A stretch of DNA of 64,000 nucleotides from Candidatus Woesebacteria bacterium. GTDB lineage: Bacteria; Patescibacteriota; Microgenomatia; UBA8517. Position 1 is the stretch's first letter. The number at the start of each line of letters is the position of its first letter. This document shows, in pieces, positions 49,808 to 58,636 of this stretch. The translations under genes were made by a program, and so were the position numbers. The notes under the pieces are model-generated. The model made no database searches. It was not told the origin of the DNA and saw nothing but the letters and a program-made list of their open reading frames with translations. Location: contig OY970314.1 in assembly GCA_963716475.1 (NCBI GenBank), positions 436,790 to 500,789 on the forward strand, read 5' to 3'.

Positions 49808-50018
49808 TATTGAGTAAAATTTTCTTTAGTCCCTAAATTACTTTAGGATTTTGAAAAAATCATTTCGGTGCTCAATACGCCGGAAGGTTTCCGCAGATAC
49901 TCCTCAAGGCCTGATCATAAATACGCCTCAAAGGGTCCGATCCCAAGCACCAGAATAATGCCTGGCCTTCATCCTCGTATCCCCTCGGCTCTAACCCGGC
50001 CGCCCGGGGCCACACGCT
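49808..50018 (-). ncRNA. glmS ribozyme (GlcN6P-activated), variant with extra helices
   Basis: A|GCG cleavage motif, P1, ACGAGGAUGAAGG, AUCG, UGCGGAAACCUUCCGG, P3/P3.1 (UAUUGAG/CUCAAUA), P4 with GUAA tetraloop; directly 5' of glmS. Confidence 0.88.
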
Positions 50019-50055
50019 TATATTTTAAAGAAACCACTGCTTCCCGCTCGCAGAG

Positions 50056-50085
50056 ATTATACAGTTCCTACCGACTACTAGTCAA
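50056..50085 (-). promoter_or_regulatory. Sigma70 promoter for the glmS leader
   Basis: TTGACT-18 nt-TATAAT, ~40 nt upstream of the ribozyme cleavage site. Confidence 0.65.
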
Positions 50086-51087
50086 ACCGCTTACCAAAGC
50101 CAAAATGGCCATGCGAAGTTTATTCTGATCATGTCGTATCATGCTACGGTTAAGCCCGTCCCCTTTAACTCTTTCCGCAATTTTTCTTGAGAGTAAATCA
50201 GTCCTTATAATTTTAACTCCGGCAGAAATATGTTTATCAGTCAAGTCGTCATTAACCGGAACTGCGCTCTCCTTTTCATAAGCCTTAATTGCCGGCCTGG
50301 GAAAACTGTAATTGTTGTTAACTAAAACATAATTTATAAGTTTCAGAGGCATATATTTCTTCAAGTCTTCAAAAAAATCCGACAATGCGTAATCGGGCGT
50401 TTCGGAGACTGAGTCCATCAAATTTGCAATAAATAAAATTTTTCCTTTAGTTTTCTTTAATGCCGGCACCACACCGTCAACAATTAGATTGGCAACTGTA
50501 TTCGTATAGAAATCCCCGGGCCCCATTATTATTAAATCCGCATTTAGTATTGCCAACCGGGCCTCCGGATTAAGTTTTGCAACAGGGATTGTTTTTAATT
50601 CTGTTATTCTTAGACCGCCTTTGCGTTGAGGAACATCTATATTGTGCTCACCTATAATTTTCGATCCGTCTTCATATTCGGCCACGAGTCGCACGTCGGT
50701 GTAACTTATCGGAATAATATCTCCCTCAACTTGAAGAAGACGACAGGTCTCTTCAATCCCTTTCTTTTGGGAACCCATGATATCCGCCATTGCCGCCATA
50801 AATAAATTTCCGAATGTCATTCCCTCAAGACCTGCTCCTCCCTGATGATAACGATATGTAAACAATTTTCTTAAAACGGTTTTATTTTTTGACAATGCGA
50901 CAATCGCCTGTCTGATTCCCGACGTCGGCAGCAAACCAAACTCATCACGTATCACACGATTTGAACCCCCTTCATCAACCATAGTCATTAACATACTTAT
51001 TTTGACCGGGGCACTGCTTAATCCCGAGGCTACAACATAAGAACCTGTGCCTCCCCCTAAAATAACAATGTTTGGCATTTCGCTCAT
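50068..51087 (-). CDS. yvcK: YvcK/GlmR (UPF0052/CofD-like) UDP-GlcNAc-binding protein
   Basis: LGGGTG, DEGGS, FGNL, GE.NID, GPG.FYT, IRHD. Confidence 0.88.
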   Translation of the reverse strand: MSEMPNIVILGGGTGSYVVASGLSSAPVKISMLMTMVDEGGSNRVIRDEFGLLPTSGIRQAIVALSKNKTVLRKLFTYRYHQGGAGLEGMTFGNLFMAAMADIMGSQKKGIEETCRLLQVEGDIIPISYTDVRLVAEYEDGSKIIGEHNIDVPQRKGGLRITELKTIPVAKLNPEARLAILNADLIIMGPGDFYTNTVANLIVDGVVPALKKTKGKILFIANLMDSVSETPDYALSDFFEDLKKYMPLKLINYVLVNNNYSFPRPAIKAYEKESAVPVNDDLTDKHISAGVKIIRTDLLSRKIAERVKGDGLNRSMIRHDQNKLRMAILALVSGLTSSR

Positions 51088-52337
51088 TCTTTTTTATAAA
51101 TTTCCGCTCCAAGCAACTTCAGTCTTTCATCTATTTTTTCATAGCCCCGGGCAACTATTTCCACATTTTCAATTTCACTTTTTCCTGAAGCCGCAAGAGC
51201 GGCCAAAATAACCGAAATACCGGCTCTGATATCTTTACAAAACAGCCTGTCACTCAGAAGCGGGGTGGGTCCGCTGACAATAACCCTATGCGGGTCGGCG
51301 ATAAAAATTTTAGCACCCATTGAAATTAAATCATCTACAAAAAACATTCTCCATTCATACATCCAGTCGTGACAAACCACAGTCCCGGCTGTCTGGGTGG
51401 CAAGGACGATAAAAGGACTCATAAGATCCGTTGGGAAGCCCGGCCATGGTCTGGTTTGAAATTTAGACCTTGAGGCGATCAATTTTGAAGGAAGAACGGT
51501 AAGTGAATTTTGCGAAGTCTTAAAATTTACCCCCATATAAGAAAGATAATTTAATATCATGGGGCATTCCTCCGTTTTAAAATCCTCGATTTTAATTTCG
51601 CCCCCGGTTATTGCCGCCGCAATCGCAAATGTTCCTCCTTCAATGTGGTCAGGACAAACCTTATATTCCACCCCTTTCAGTTTCCCTCCGGAAACATTTA
51701 AAACATTCGATCCGATACCGTCAATTTTTACTCCCATCTTTACCAAAAAATTCGCTAAATCGGTAACATGGGGCTCTGTTGCTGCGTCTTCAATTTTCAT
51801 CCTCTCTGATATTGAACAGGCCATCATAAGTCCCATTTCAGTAGCCGTTACGGACGGTTCGTCAAGAAAAATATCCTTCGACTTCCTGTCTTTCCAGTCC
51901 AGGTAGTATCTTCCGTCTTCTCGTCGGATTGTAACTCCCATTTTCTGCATCATGGCAAAGTGAGTATCGAGAAGCCTTTCCCCAATCTGATCTCCTCCGG
52001 GCGGGGTAACGATAGCTTTTCCGAAACGGACCAATAGGGGAGCTGCCAGAACCACCGAAGCCCTAAATTTACTTGAAAGGTCCGGGTCAAGATCAAAAGA
52101 GGTCAGGCCTTTCGGGTCAATCGTTACGGAGTGATCCTCCCGTTTCACTCTTACTCCAAGCCTGGCGACAAGATCAAGCATAACCGACACATCTGAAATA
52201 TCGGGAATATTGGTAATGGTTGAAGGAGAATCGGCCAAAAGTGCCGCAGGAATAAGCTTTAAAGCTGAATTTTTATTGCCGGAAAGCCTGATGGTTCCCT
52301 CAAGCTTTTTGCCACCTGTAACTATGAATTTCGCCAT
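51084..52337 (-). CDS. murA: UDP-GlcNAc 1-carboxyvinyltransferase
   Basis: GNKNS, RAS, PGGDQIGER, SVTATE, PGFPTD, DIRAG, RGYE. Confidence 0.96.
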   Translation of the reverse strand: MAKFIVTGGKKLEGTIRLSGNKNSALKLIPAALLADSPSTITNIPDISDVSVMLDLVARLGVRVKREDHSVTIDPKGLTSFDLDPDLSSKFRASVVLAAPLLVRFGKAIVTPPGGDQIGERLLDTHFAMMQKMGVTIRREDGRYYLDWKDRKSKDIFLDEPSVTATEMGLMMACSISERMKIEDAATEPHVTDLANFLVKMGVKIDGIGSNVLNVSGGKLKGVEYKVCPDHIEGGTFAIAAAITGGEIKIEDFKTEECPMILNYLSYMGVNFKTSQNSLTVLPSKLIASRSKFQTRPWPGFPTDLMSPFIVLATQTAGTVVCHDWMYEWRMFFVDDLISMGAKIFIADPHRVIVSGPTPLLSDRLFCKDIRAGISVILAALAASGKSEIENVEIVARGYEKIDERLKLLGAEIYKKE

Positions 52338-52355
52338 TTATTAAGTTGTATTGTA

Positions 52356-54077
52356 TCACTGACCGGGCTGTATGCCCAAATACGGGAAAAGGTCCTTGGC
52401 AATTGAATACCAGAGGGGAGCCGCGGTTTCGGCAGCCCACGGAGAGGATTGAGGTGATTTAAGTGTAACCAGCATTACAAACTTTGGATTTTCTGCAGGC
52501 GCAAACCCGATAAATGAATGATTTGTATTTGTGGTGTCGTAATGACCGGCAACAGGAATCTGGGCCGTCCCCGTTTTACCGGCAACATTAAAACCGGGTA
52601 TTCTGCACCACTTGGCTTCCCCGTTTTCTGCCGCATTTACCATCATCTGAGTGACCTCCTCGGCAGCCTGCTGACTAATAATCCTAACCGGCGGGTCAGA
52701 TTTTACTTTTTCTTCCCAACCGTCTCCCTTAATAGCATTCACAACTTTGGGTGTAATCAGAAGGCCGCCATTGGCAATAGCCGCCACCGCCCTAACCATT
52801 TCTATTCCGGTTACCGCAACTCCCTGACCAAAACTTGTGGTTGCCAGATCAACCACATTCCAGGTTCCTTTTTCCCGAAGTTTTGGAGCACTTTCCCCTT
52901 GTAGATCAATTCCGGTTTTTTGTCCTATCCCAAATTTGCTTAAATAATCATATAGAGTGTCCGCTCCCAATTTTTGGCCTACAAAAGACATTCCTACATT
53001 GTCTGACTCCACTATTACACCAGTCATAGTTATCCCCGGATGATACTTATCATTCCAGGTCTTTATCAGGTATTTGTCTACTTTTAAGGGACCGCTGCAT
53101 ATATCACAGGTTGTATCGGGGCTAACCACGCCTGAATCTAACCCCGCCGCCATGACCAAAACCTTAAATATCGACCCCGGTTCAAAAGAGTCCGAAATGA
53201 CAGGATTTTTGAATAGTGAATTATTATATATAGAGTAATTTGCAGGATCAAAAGACGGCAAACTGGCCATTGCCATAACATTCCCGGTAGTCGGATCCAT
53301 CACCGTTACACTTCCGCCGGCAGCTCCGTATTTCTTAATCCCATCGAGAAGCCCCTGCTCAGCCACGGTTTGTATCCTTTTATCGATATTTGTTTCCAGA
53401 TCTACTCCGGAAATTGCTGAAACCTGGGTAGTTCCACCCAATAGTATCGGGGAACCCAACGCGTCTTTTTGACCTCCTACAAAACCGGGTTTTCCGCTCA
53501 GAGGCAGATCATAGTACCCTTCTATACCGAAATAGCCAATATCGCTGCCTTTGTCGTCTTTACCCACGAATCCTAGAAGTTGCGCGGCACTGCTGGCTTC
53601 AGGATAGTATGAGGTTTCCTGGGGATCAAAACCTATTCCCTGAATTTTTAGGGCTTCTATATTTCTTTTGATATCGTCAGCAACTTTCTGCTCCAGGGCT
53701 ACCCAACTTGCAGTTGACTTCCCGAGAGTCGCGGTAAGTTTTTCGGTCTCCGTCAAAAGAGCCTCCCTATCACCCGAGTACACGAAAAAAGGTGCCAATT
53801 TGTTTGCAATCTGCGACGGACTATCCGTAAGTTGACGCGGGTTAGCCCAAACTAACCAGGCTTGGGTTCTAACTGCCCAGTAGCTTCCGTCTGAAGCCAG
53901 TATATTTCCTCTGGGAGCTGTTATAACTTGAGACGAATTGTATTGATTTTTTGCTTCATCCGAAAGACTTGCTCCTTTAATTACCTGCCAATAAAAAAGT
54001 CTTACGCTGAGGGTCACAAAAAGAATAAGAGAAAAAATAGAAATTATTCTGATTTTTAGCAGCATTTTTCTATTCAA
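52356..54077 (-). CDS. ftsI: Class B penicillin-binding protein (FtsI/PBP2b)
   Basis: TM anchor, RGNI, SIFK (SxxK), SDN, KTG. Confidence 0.93.
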   Translation of the reverse strand: MNRKMLLKIRIISIFSLILFVTLSVRLFYWQVIKGASLSDEAKNQYNSSQVITAPRGNILASDGSYWAVRTQAWLVWANPRQLTDSPSQIANKLAPFFVYSGDREALLTETEKLTATLGKSTASWVALEQKVADDIKRNIEALKIQGIGFDPQETSYYPEASSAAQLLGFVGKDDKGSDIGYFGIEGYYDLPLSGKPGFVGGQKDALGSPILLGGTTQVSAISGVDLETNIDKRIQTVAEQGLLDGIKKYGAAGGSVTVMDPTTGNVMAMASLPSFDPANYSIYNNSLFKNPVISDSFEPGSIFKVLVMAAGLDSGVVSPDTTCDICSGPLKVDKYLIKTWNDKYHPGITMTGVIVESDNVGMSFVGQKLGADTLYDYLSKFGIGQKTGIDLQGESAPKLREKGTWNVVDLATTSFGQGVAVTGIEMVRAVAAIANGGLLITPKVVNAIKGDGWEEKVKSDPPVRIISQQAAEEVTQMMVNAAENGEAKWCRIPGFNVAGKTGTAQIPVAGHYDTTNTNHSFIGFAPAENPKFVMLVTLKSPQSSPWAAETAAPLWYSIAKDLFPYLGIQPGQ

Positions 54078-54352
54078 GGAAGCTTAGCCACCGGTTCCGG
54101 CGGGGCTACATATACCAAGTTTACCGGTTTTACATAACCCAACTCGGTGCTTTTTTCCTGAAGCGAGCTCATTGATAAGGTTTTAACCAGCGTATCCTCA
54201 AGATATCTCTTTTGATCGGAGAGCTGCGCTTCCTGTTTTTGAAGATTGGAAACCTCGGCCCCGGAAGTCACAGTTACCACTGTCATTAGAACCGACGAAA
54301 CTGCCAGAGCTGCCAAAAAACCTATCAGAATGTATTTTTTAAAATTTTTCAT
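54074..54352 (-). CDS. ftsL: FtsL-like protein
   Basis: TM plus coiled coil, ELGY; lies between rsmH and ftsI. Confidence 0.7.
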   Translation of the reverse strand: MKNFKKYILIGFLAALAVSSVLMTVVTVTSGAEVSNLQKQEAQLSDQKRYLEDTLVKTLSMSSLQEKSTELGYVKPVNLVYVAPPEPVAKLP

Positions 54353-54355
54353 ATA

Positions 54356-55234
54356 TTATTTTTGTAAAACCCGCATTTTTGCACTTCTTGCCCGCCTGTT
54401 ATTATTTATTTCCTCTTCATCAGCCAAAATGGGTTTGAAAGTAATAATTTTTGCCCCATCTTTACTTTTCTCCTTAAAAAAGTTCTTGACTATTGCGTCT
54501 TCACCGGAATGAAAACTGATTACTGCCAGTCTGCCCCTTTTTGCCAATATCCCGAACGCCTTGGGTAGCGCCTCTTCCAAATTTGTAAGCTCGCTATTGA
54601 CTGCAATCCTTAAAGCCAGAAAAGGCAAGGTGGCAACGTTTAGACCCGGCTTCCCGATCCGCAAACCTTCTGATATTTCCAAAAGATCTCCGACTGTTGC
54701 TACCGGTTTAGCTAACCTTGAATGCAAAACGCGTCCGCTGATCCACTTGGCTGCTCCCGGTTCAAGAGTTACTTTAAAAAGTTCTTCCAGTTGATCCTCC
54801 CTAAGAACGTTAAGCAAATCCGCTGCTTTAACCCCCTGGGTTTCCGGATCAATTCGCATATCAAGTGCTGCTTCCGGATTTTCGAACGAAAAGCCTCTTT
54901 CAGTATCCTTTAGGTGAATATTTGTTACACCCAAATCGAAAAGAATTCCGGCAACCGAATTCCAGCCTAATTTTATGGCAATTTCATCAATTTCAGTAAA
55001 ATTTCCGTTTACCAGTTTGTAATCTTTCTCTCCGGAATCCCTAAGCCGCTCCTCGGCAATTGCCAGTATTTTTGGGTCCAATTCGATTCCCAAAACCTGT
55101 CCCCCTTGTTTTAAAATTTCGAGAGTGTGACCGCCATTACCGACCGTTGCGTCAATATACTTGCGGGCTTTTTCAATGTGCAAAACCTCAATGACTTTAT
55201 CCACCAATACCGATTCGTGGTAATTATTTTTCAT
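54356..55234 (-). CDS. rsmH: 16S rRNA m4C1402 methyltransferase
   Basis: HESVL, DATVGNGGH, DLG, RGFSF, ALRIAVNSEL, SFHSGED, RARSAK. Confidence 0.96.
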   Translation of the reverse strand: MKNNYHESVLVDKVIEVLHIEKARKYIDATVGNGGHTLEILKQGGQVLGIELDPKILAIAEERLRDSGEKDYKLVNGNFTEIDEIAIKLGWNSVAGILFDLGVTNIHLKDTERGFSFENPEAALDMRIDPETQGVKAADLLNVLREDQLEELFKVTLEPGAAKWISGRVLHSRLAKPVATVGDLLEISEGLRIGKPGLNVATLPFLALRIAVNSELTNLEEALPKAFGILAKRGRLAVISFHSGEDAIVKNFFKEKSKDGAKIITFKPILADEEEINNNRRARSAKMRVLQK

Positions 55235-55658
55235 TCTTGCTAAGATCCTCTATGTATTCCTTGGTTGTCTTGGCCAGGTTTACCGACTTTTCATCCCAGG
55301 CAGCCTTTGACCAAATTTCAACTCTATCGACAAGTCCTACAAAAACTGCTTCGCGACCCAAGTCCGCGTAGGATGACAAAATCTCGGGTATAACAATCCT
55401 GCCTTGCTCATCGGGCTCGGTTTCGAATGCACTTCCTAAAATAAACCGCTCAATGTCGCGTACTCCCAAGCCTGCTGTCTTTTTTCCGCCCGTCAATCTT
55501 CCCAAAAGCCTTTCCCAAAAGGCTGAGCTAACTAAGATCAGGCAATCTTCATACCACATAGCCAGTATGGGATTATCTCCAAGTTCTTTTAAAAATTTTT
55601 TAGGTACAGCGACGCGTCTCCCGTCGCCAATGTTGCCCAAATATGATCCGATTAACAT
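55224..55658 (-). CDS. mraZ: Transcriptional regulator MraZ
   Basis: DEQGRIVIP, VGLVDRVEIW; first gene of the dcw cluster. Confidence 0.93.
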   Translation of the reverse strand: MLIGSYLGNIGDGRRVAVPKKFLKELGDNPILAMWYEDCLILVSSAFWERLLGRLTGGKKTAGLGVRDIERFILGSAFETEPDEQGRIVIPEILSSYADLGREAVFVGLVDRVEIWSKAAWDEKSVNLAKTTKEYIEDLSKNEK

Positions 55659-55680
55659 AGGTTAGTCTCGGGCAGGGACT

Positions 55681-55733
55681 CACCACTTTTTACCACTAGA
55701 CACCATTCTGATATGTTTTCACAGTCATGTCAA
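55681..55733 (-). promoter_or_regulatory. dcw promoter with three MraZ-type repeats
   Basis: TTGACA-17 nt-CAGAAT overlapping/followed by ATGGTG, GTGGTA, GTGGTG at 10-bp period. Confidence 0.75.
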
Positions 55734-55998
55734 GTCCTTCTTCACGGTTTTCATTAAAAAGTGTCACGGAGTGAAGACGGCACTTCAGAATTTAGAGATG
55801 AAGGATAAAAAATCCGGTATTACTGGATGAAACCCTTTATCAAGATTGCTTTTTAGACCTTTTGTCAAGCTTGGCTCCCCCTGTGGAATTCGATCCACAC
55901 ATTGTTACCTAAATAAAGCCCATAATCACCACAATTTCAATTTATGATATAAGCCAAGGACTTGACAACTAATTCTATAGGTATATATATTAGACAGG

Positions 55999-56790
55999 AT
56001 GTGCCTCCCAAAAGAACTTCTTAAATTTGACGGGAAGGGATTCATACTTGTATTAATCGGGATTGTTGTCGGGGTCTTGATCGTAACAACAGCAAGAGCC
56101 CAGTCGACAGACATTATTCGAGCCTGTATCGCTCAACCAAACGGCAATAGTCAATCTAAAAACGTTGCTGGAAATGCAAATGCCGGATCTGTGAGAATAG
56201 TACAAAGTCAAAGCGATTGCAGAAGCGATGAAACTTACATAACTTGGAATATTCAAGGCCCACAGGGTTTACCGGGCCCATCGGGTGCTCCTGGAAATAG
56301 TGGTGAAATTGGAGTTGGAGAATTCCTTAGTAACGACTTTAGCGGAGTTAGTTTATACTCGGGTAGTATTAATCCTCTTCAATATAGAAACTTCGCCAGT
56401 GCTAACTTCACAAATGCTAACTTGATCATGGTCGATTTTTCATATTCAGATTTGACCAGTGCTAACTTCACAAATGCTTATTTGACTGCAGTTCACTTTG
56501 TTTTTTCTAAAGCAGAGGGTGCAAACTTTTCGGGAACAAACTTAGAAGGAGCATATTTAATTTCTGGGAATTTCATAGGTGCAAATTTTACTGGTGCTTA
56601 CATGCATGGCAACTCTATTAATAATGCCATATTTTCAAACGCAAACTTTACAAATGCTGATTTGTTAAATTCTGTAGAATCCCCTGCTGACATTTCTGGT
56701 GCTGTTTGGTCAAATACAACATGCCCTGATGCAACCAATAGTAATAATAACGGAGGTACGTGCGAGGGCCACTTTATAGTTAGTCCTTAA
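55999..56790 (+). CDS. Secreted pentapeptide-repeat protein with short collagen-like segment
   Basis: Signal/TM, GPQGLPGPSGAPG, A(N/D)F(T/S)x repeats, WSNTTCPD; DNA repeat CCAGTGCTAACTTCACAAATGCT at 60-bp spacing. Confidence 0.85.
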   Translation: MCLPKELLKFDGKGFILVLIGIVVGVLIVTTARAQSTDIIRACIAQPNGNSQSKNVAGNANAGSVRIVQSQSDCRSDETYITWNIQGPQGLPGPSGAPGNSGEIGVGEFLSNDFSGVSLYSGSINPLQYRNFASANFTNANLIMVDFSYSDLTSANFTNAYLTAVHFVFSKAEGANFSGTNLEGAYLISGNFIGANFTGAYMHGNSINNAIFSNANFTNADLLNSVESPADISGAVWSNTTCPDATNSNNNGGTCEGHFIVSP

Positions 56791-56797
56791 TCCAACA

Positions 56798-58381
56798 CTA
56801 ATATATAATTATAGGTTCCCTTGCTTCAATGGTCTTTAAAATAGCTGCAAACGTTTGGGTCGGGGAAATTTGGTAGGCCGTTTGGGCTGCTGTTAACGCC
56901 CCTGCCCTGTCTCCAGCTAAATATCTTGCTACCGCCACATAACTCCAATTTGCTGCCAAACCTTTGTTAAAATCCAATGCCCGATTGTAAGCAATGACAG
57001 CTTGATCATATTTTTTATTCTTTAAGTAAAAATCCCCAAGGGCACCAAAAGTCATTGAATTGGGAAGGAGACGGGTCGCTGAAATATAATGTGATTCCGC
57101 ATCCCTATTTCTTCCCTCCCCGCTTGCCACCTCGCCCGACATTACTTCTATTAGAAAATTATTCTGATTATATTTAGCATCGTGACTAATCAGTGAAGCT
57201 GTATTGTACCAATCTCCTACCCGAACTATTGTCCTAACAGAAAATAGTAAAATTATGATAATCGCAAACAACATTAACTTCCTTATTTGAAAGTGATATT
57301 GGGTTGAAATAAACTCGATTATTACCCAAATCAAACCGAGTAGACCTGCTAAGGCAAAATAGAAATAATGATCGGCTACGGTTTGATCTAAAGGAATAAT
57401 CTGCAAATAAACGACTAAACCCATCAAAAACCATATAGTGAAAAGGAGATATTTCTTAAATTGTTCCCTGTTTTCTTTGAATATAAGAAACCCATGAAAC
57501 AAAATCAAAGCAAAAAAGATAGCATCAAGAATAAGGGGTAAATAAAAATCTGCGAAATTTAAATTTCTAACCACCCACATCTGGAATGCTACCAGATTAA
57601 TTGGAAAAAAAGAAGTTTTCAAATAATAAAGAATAATACTCGGGATACTCATTGCCCTTTCGGCTAAACTCATTGATTGAATAGGGACAACTGGAAGTGT
57701 ATTTACAAACAAGTTTACATGGCCTACACCTAGTCTTAATATCAAGTAAAAAAATATGGCAGCTAAGCTTTGATATATGTTTTTTATAAAATTTTCCTTC
57801 CGATATAGAAAAGTAAAAAAAGGAATAATAATCAAAAATACCAGGCCAGTTTCCTTTGATAATAGTGAGAGCAGGAGAAAAAGAGGAATTAAAAAGTCGG
57901 AAATTCCTCTTTTAGTTTTAAGTGTCATATAAAAAGCAAGTAGGCCAAAAAACATGAACAAATTATTATCCAAGGCTGTTATGTACACGACAGTTTCGAC
58001 ATTAATTGGATGAACTAAATATATCAAAGCCATTAGAAAAGGTACTTCGTCTTTGAAGAAATATTTAAAAATGATATAAAGTAGGATTGTATTAACTACA
58101 TGAAGCAATATTTGAACCAAGTGATAGCCAAACGTGTTTTCACCGGATAAAGAATAAATTACGGTAAAGGTGGCGGACATTATTGGCCTATAAAACATAT
58201 TTCTCAAATTTGTCTCATCATAGTAGATTCCGTTCTGAAGAAAAGTCGGTAGGTTCGTTATTGAGTGAACCAGCGGATTATTTACTATCTGTTCAATGTC
58301 ATCGCCAATAAAATTATTAAATAATCCTCTACCATATACAATCAACCCGACTGCAATTAAAATTAATATATATTTCTTCAT
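56798..58381 (-). CDS. TMTC-like GT-C membrane glycosyltransferase with TPR tail
   Basis: DD...N, YRP, GYH, HPINVETV, SKE, ADHYFY, C-terminal TPRs. Confidence 0.82.
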   Translation of the reverse strand: MKKYILILIAVGLIVYGRGLFNNFIGDDIEQIVNNPLVHSITNLPTFLQNGIYYDETNLRNMFYRPIMSATFTVIYSLSGENTFGYHLVQILLHVVNTILLYIIFKYFFKDEVPFLMALIYLVHPINVETVVYITALDNNLFMFFGLLAFYMTLKTKRGISDFLIPLFLLLSLLSKETGLVFLIIIPFFTFLYRKENFIKNIYQSLAAIFFYLILRLGVGHVNLFVNTLPVVPIQSMSLAERAMSIPSIILYYLKTSFFPINLVAFQMWVVRNLNFADFYLPLILDAIFFALILFHGFLIFKENREQFKKYLLFTIWFLMGLVVYLQIIPLDQTVADHYFYFALAGLLGLIWVIIEFISTQYHFQIRKLMLFAIIIILLFSVRTIVRVGDWYNTASLISHDAKYNQNNFLIEVMSGEVASGEGRNRDAESHYISATRLLPNSMTFGALGDFYLKNKKYDQAVIAYNRALDFNKGLAANWSYVAVARYLAGDRAGALTAAQTAYQISPTQTFAAILKTIEAREPIIIY

Positions 58382-58385
58382 TCTT

Positions 58386-58405
58386 TATAGTATAGTATAG
58401 TATAG
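58386..58405. repeat. (TATAG)4 simple repeat just upstream of the TMTC-like gene
   Basis: TATAGTATAGTATAGTATAG. Confidence 0.8.
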
Positions 58406-58419
58406 TAGCATAGGTTTTA

Positions 58420-58614
58420 AAGTTTTAGTTAACAATTGATTATAAATCTTTGAGTGGCCAGTATCGGATTTTTATAACAAATGTTTTTCTTCTCCCGCCT
58501 TGCTTTGACCATTCCAAGCATTCGAAGATGAGACAAGCGCTGTGGCATATTGTACTTCCGAATACTAACGACATCGGATATTTAATACATACACATTTCT
58601 TTCGAATCTGGCAT
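58420..58614 (-). pseudogene. Degraded ArsR/SmtB-family regulator
   Basis: KEMCMY*ISDVVSIRKYNMPQRLSHLRMLGMVKARREKKNICYK; in-frame TAA at 58582-84; N-terminus missing. Confidence 0.7.
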
Positions 58615-58636
58615 TTGAAAACCAGAATGTTTGAAG

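Noticed and set aside
49868-50128. 86-aa plus-strand ORF in the glmS leader
   Set aside because: Antisense to the GC-rich ribozyme; no protein motif
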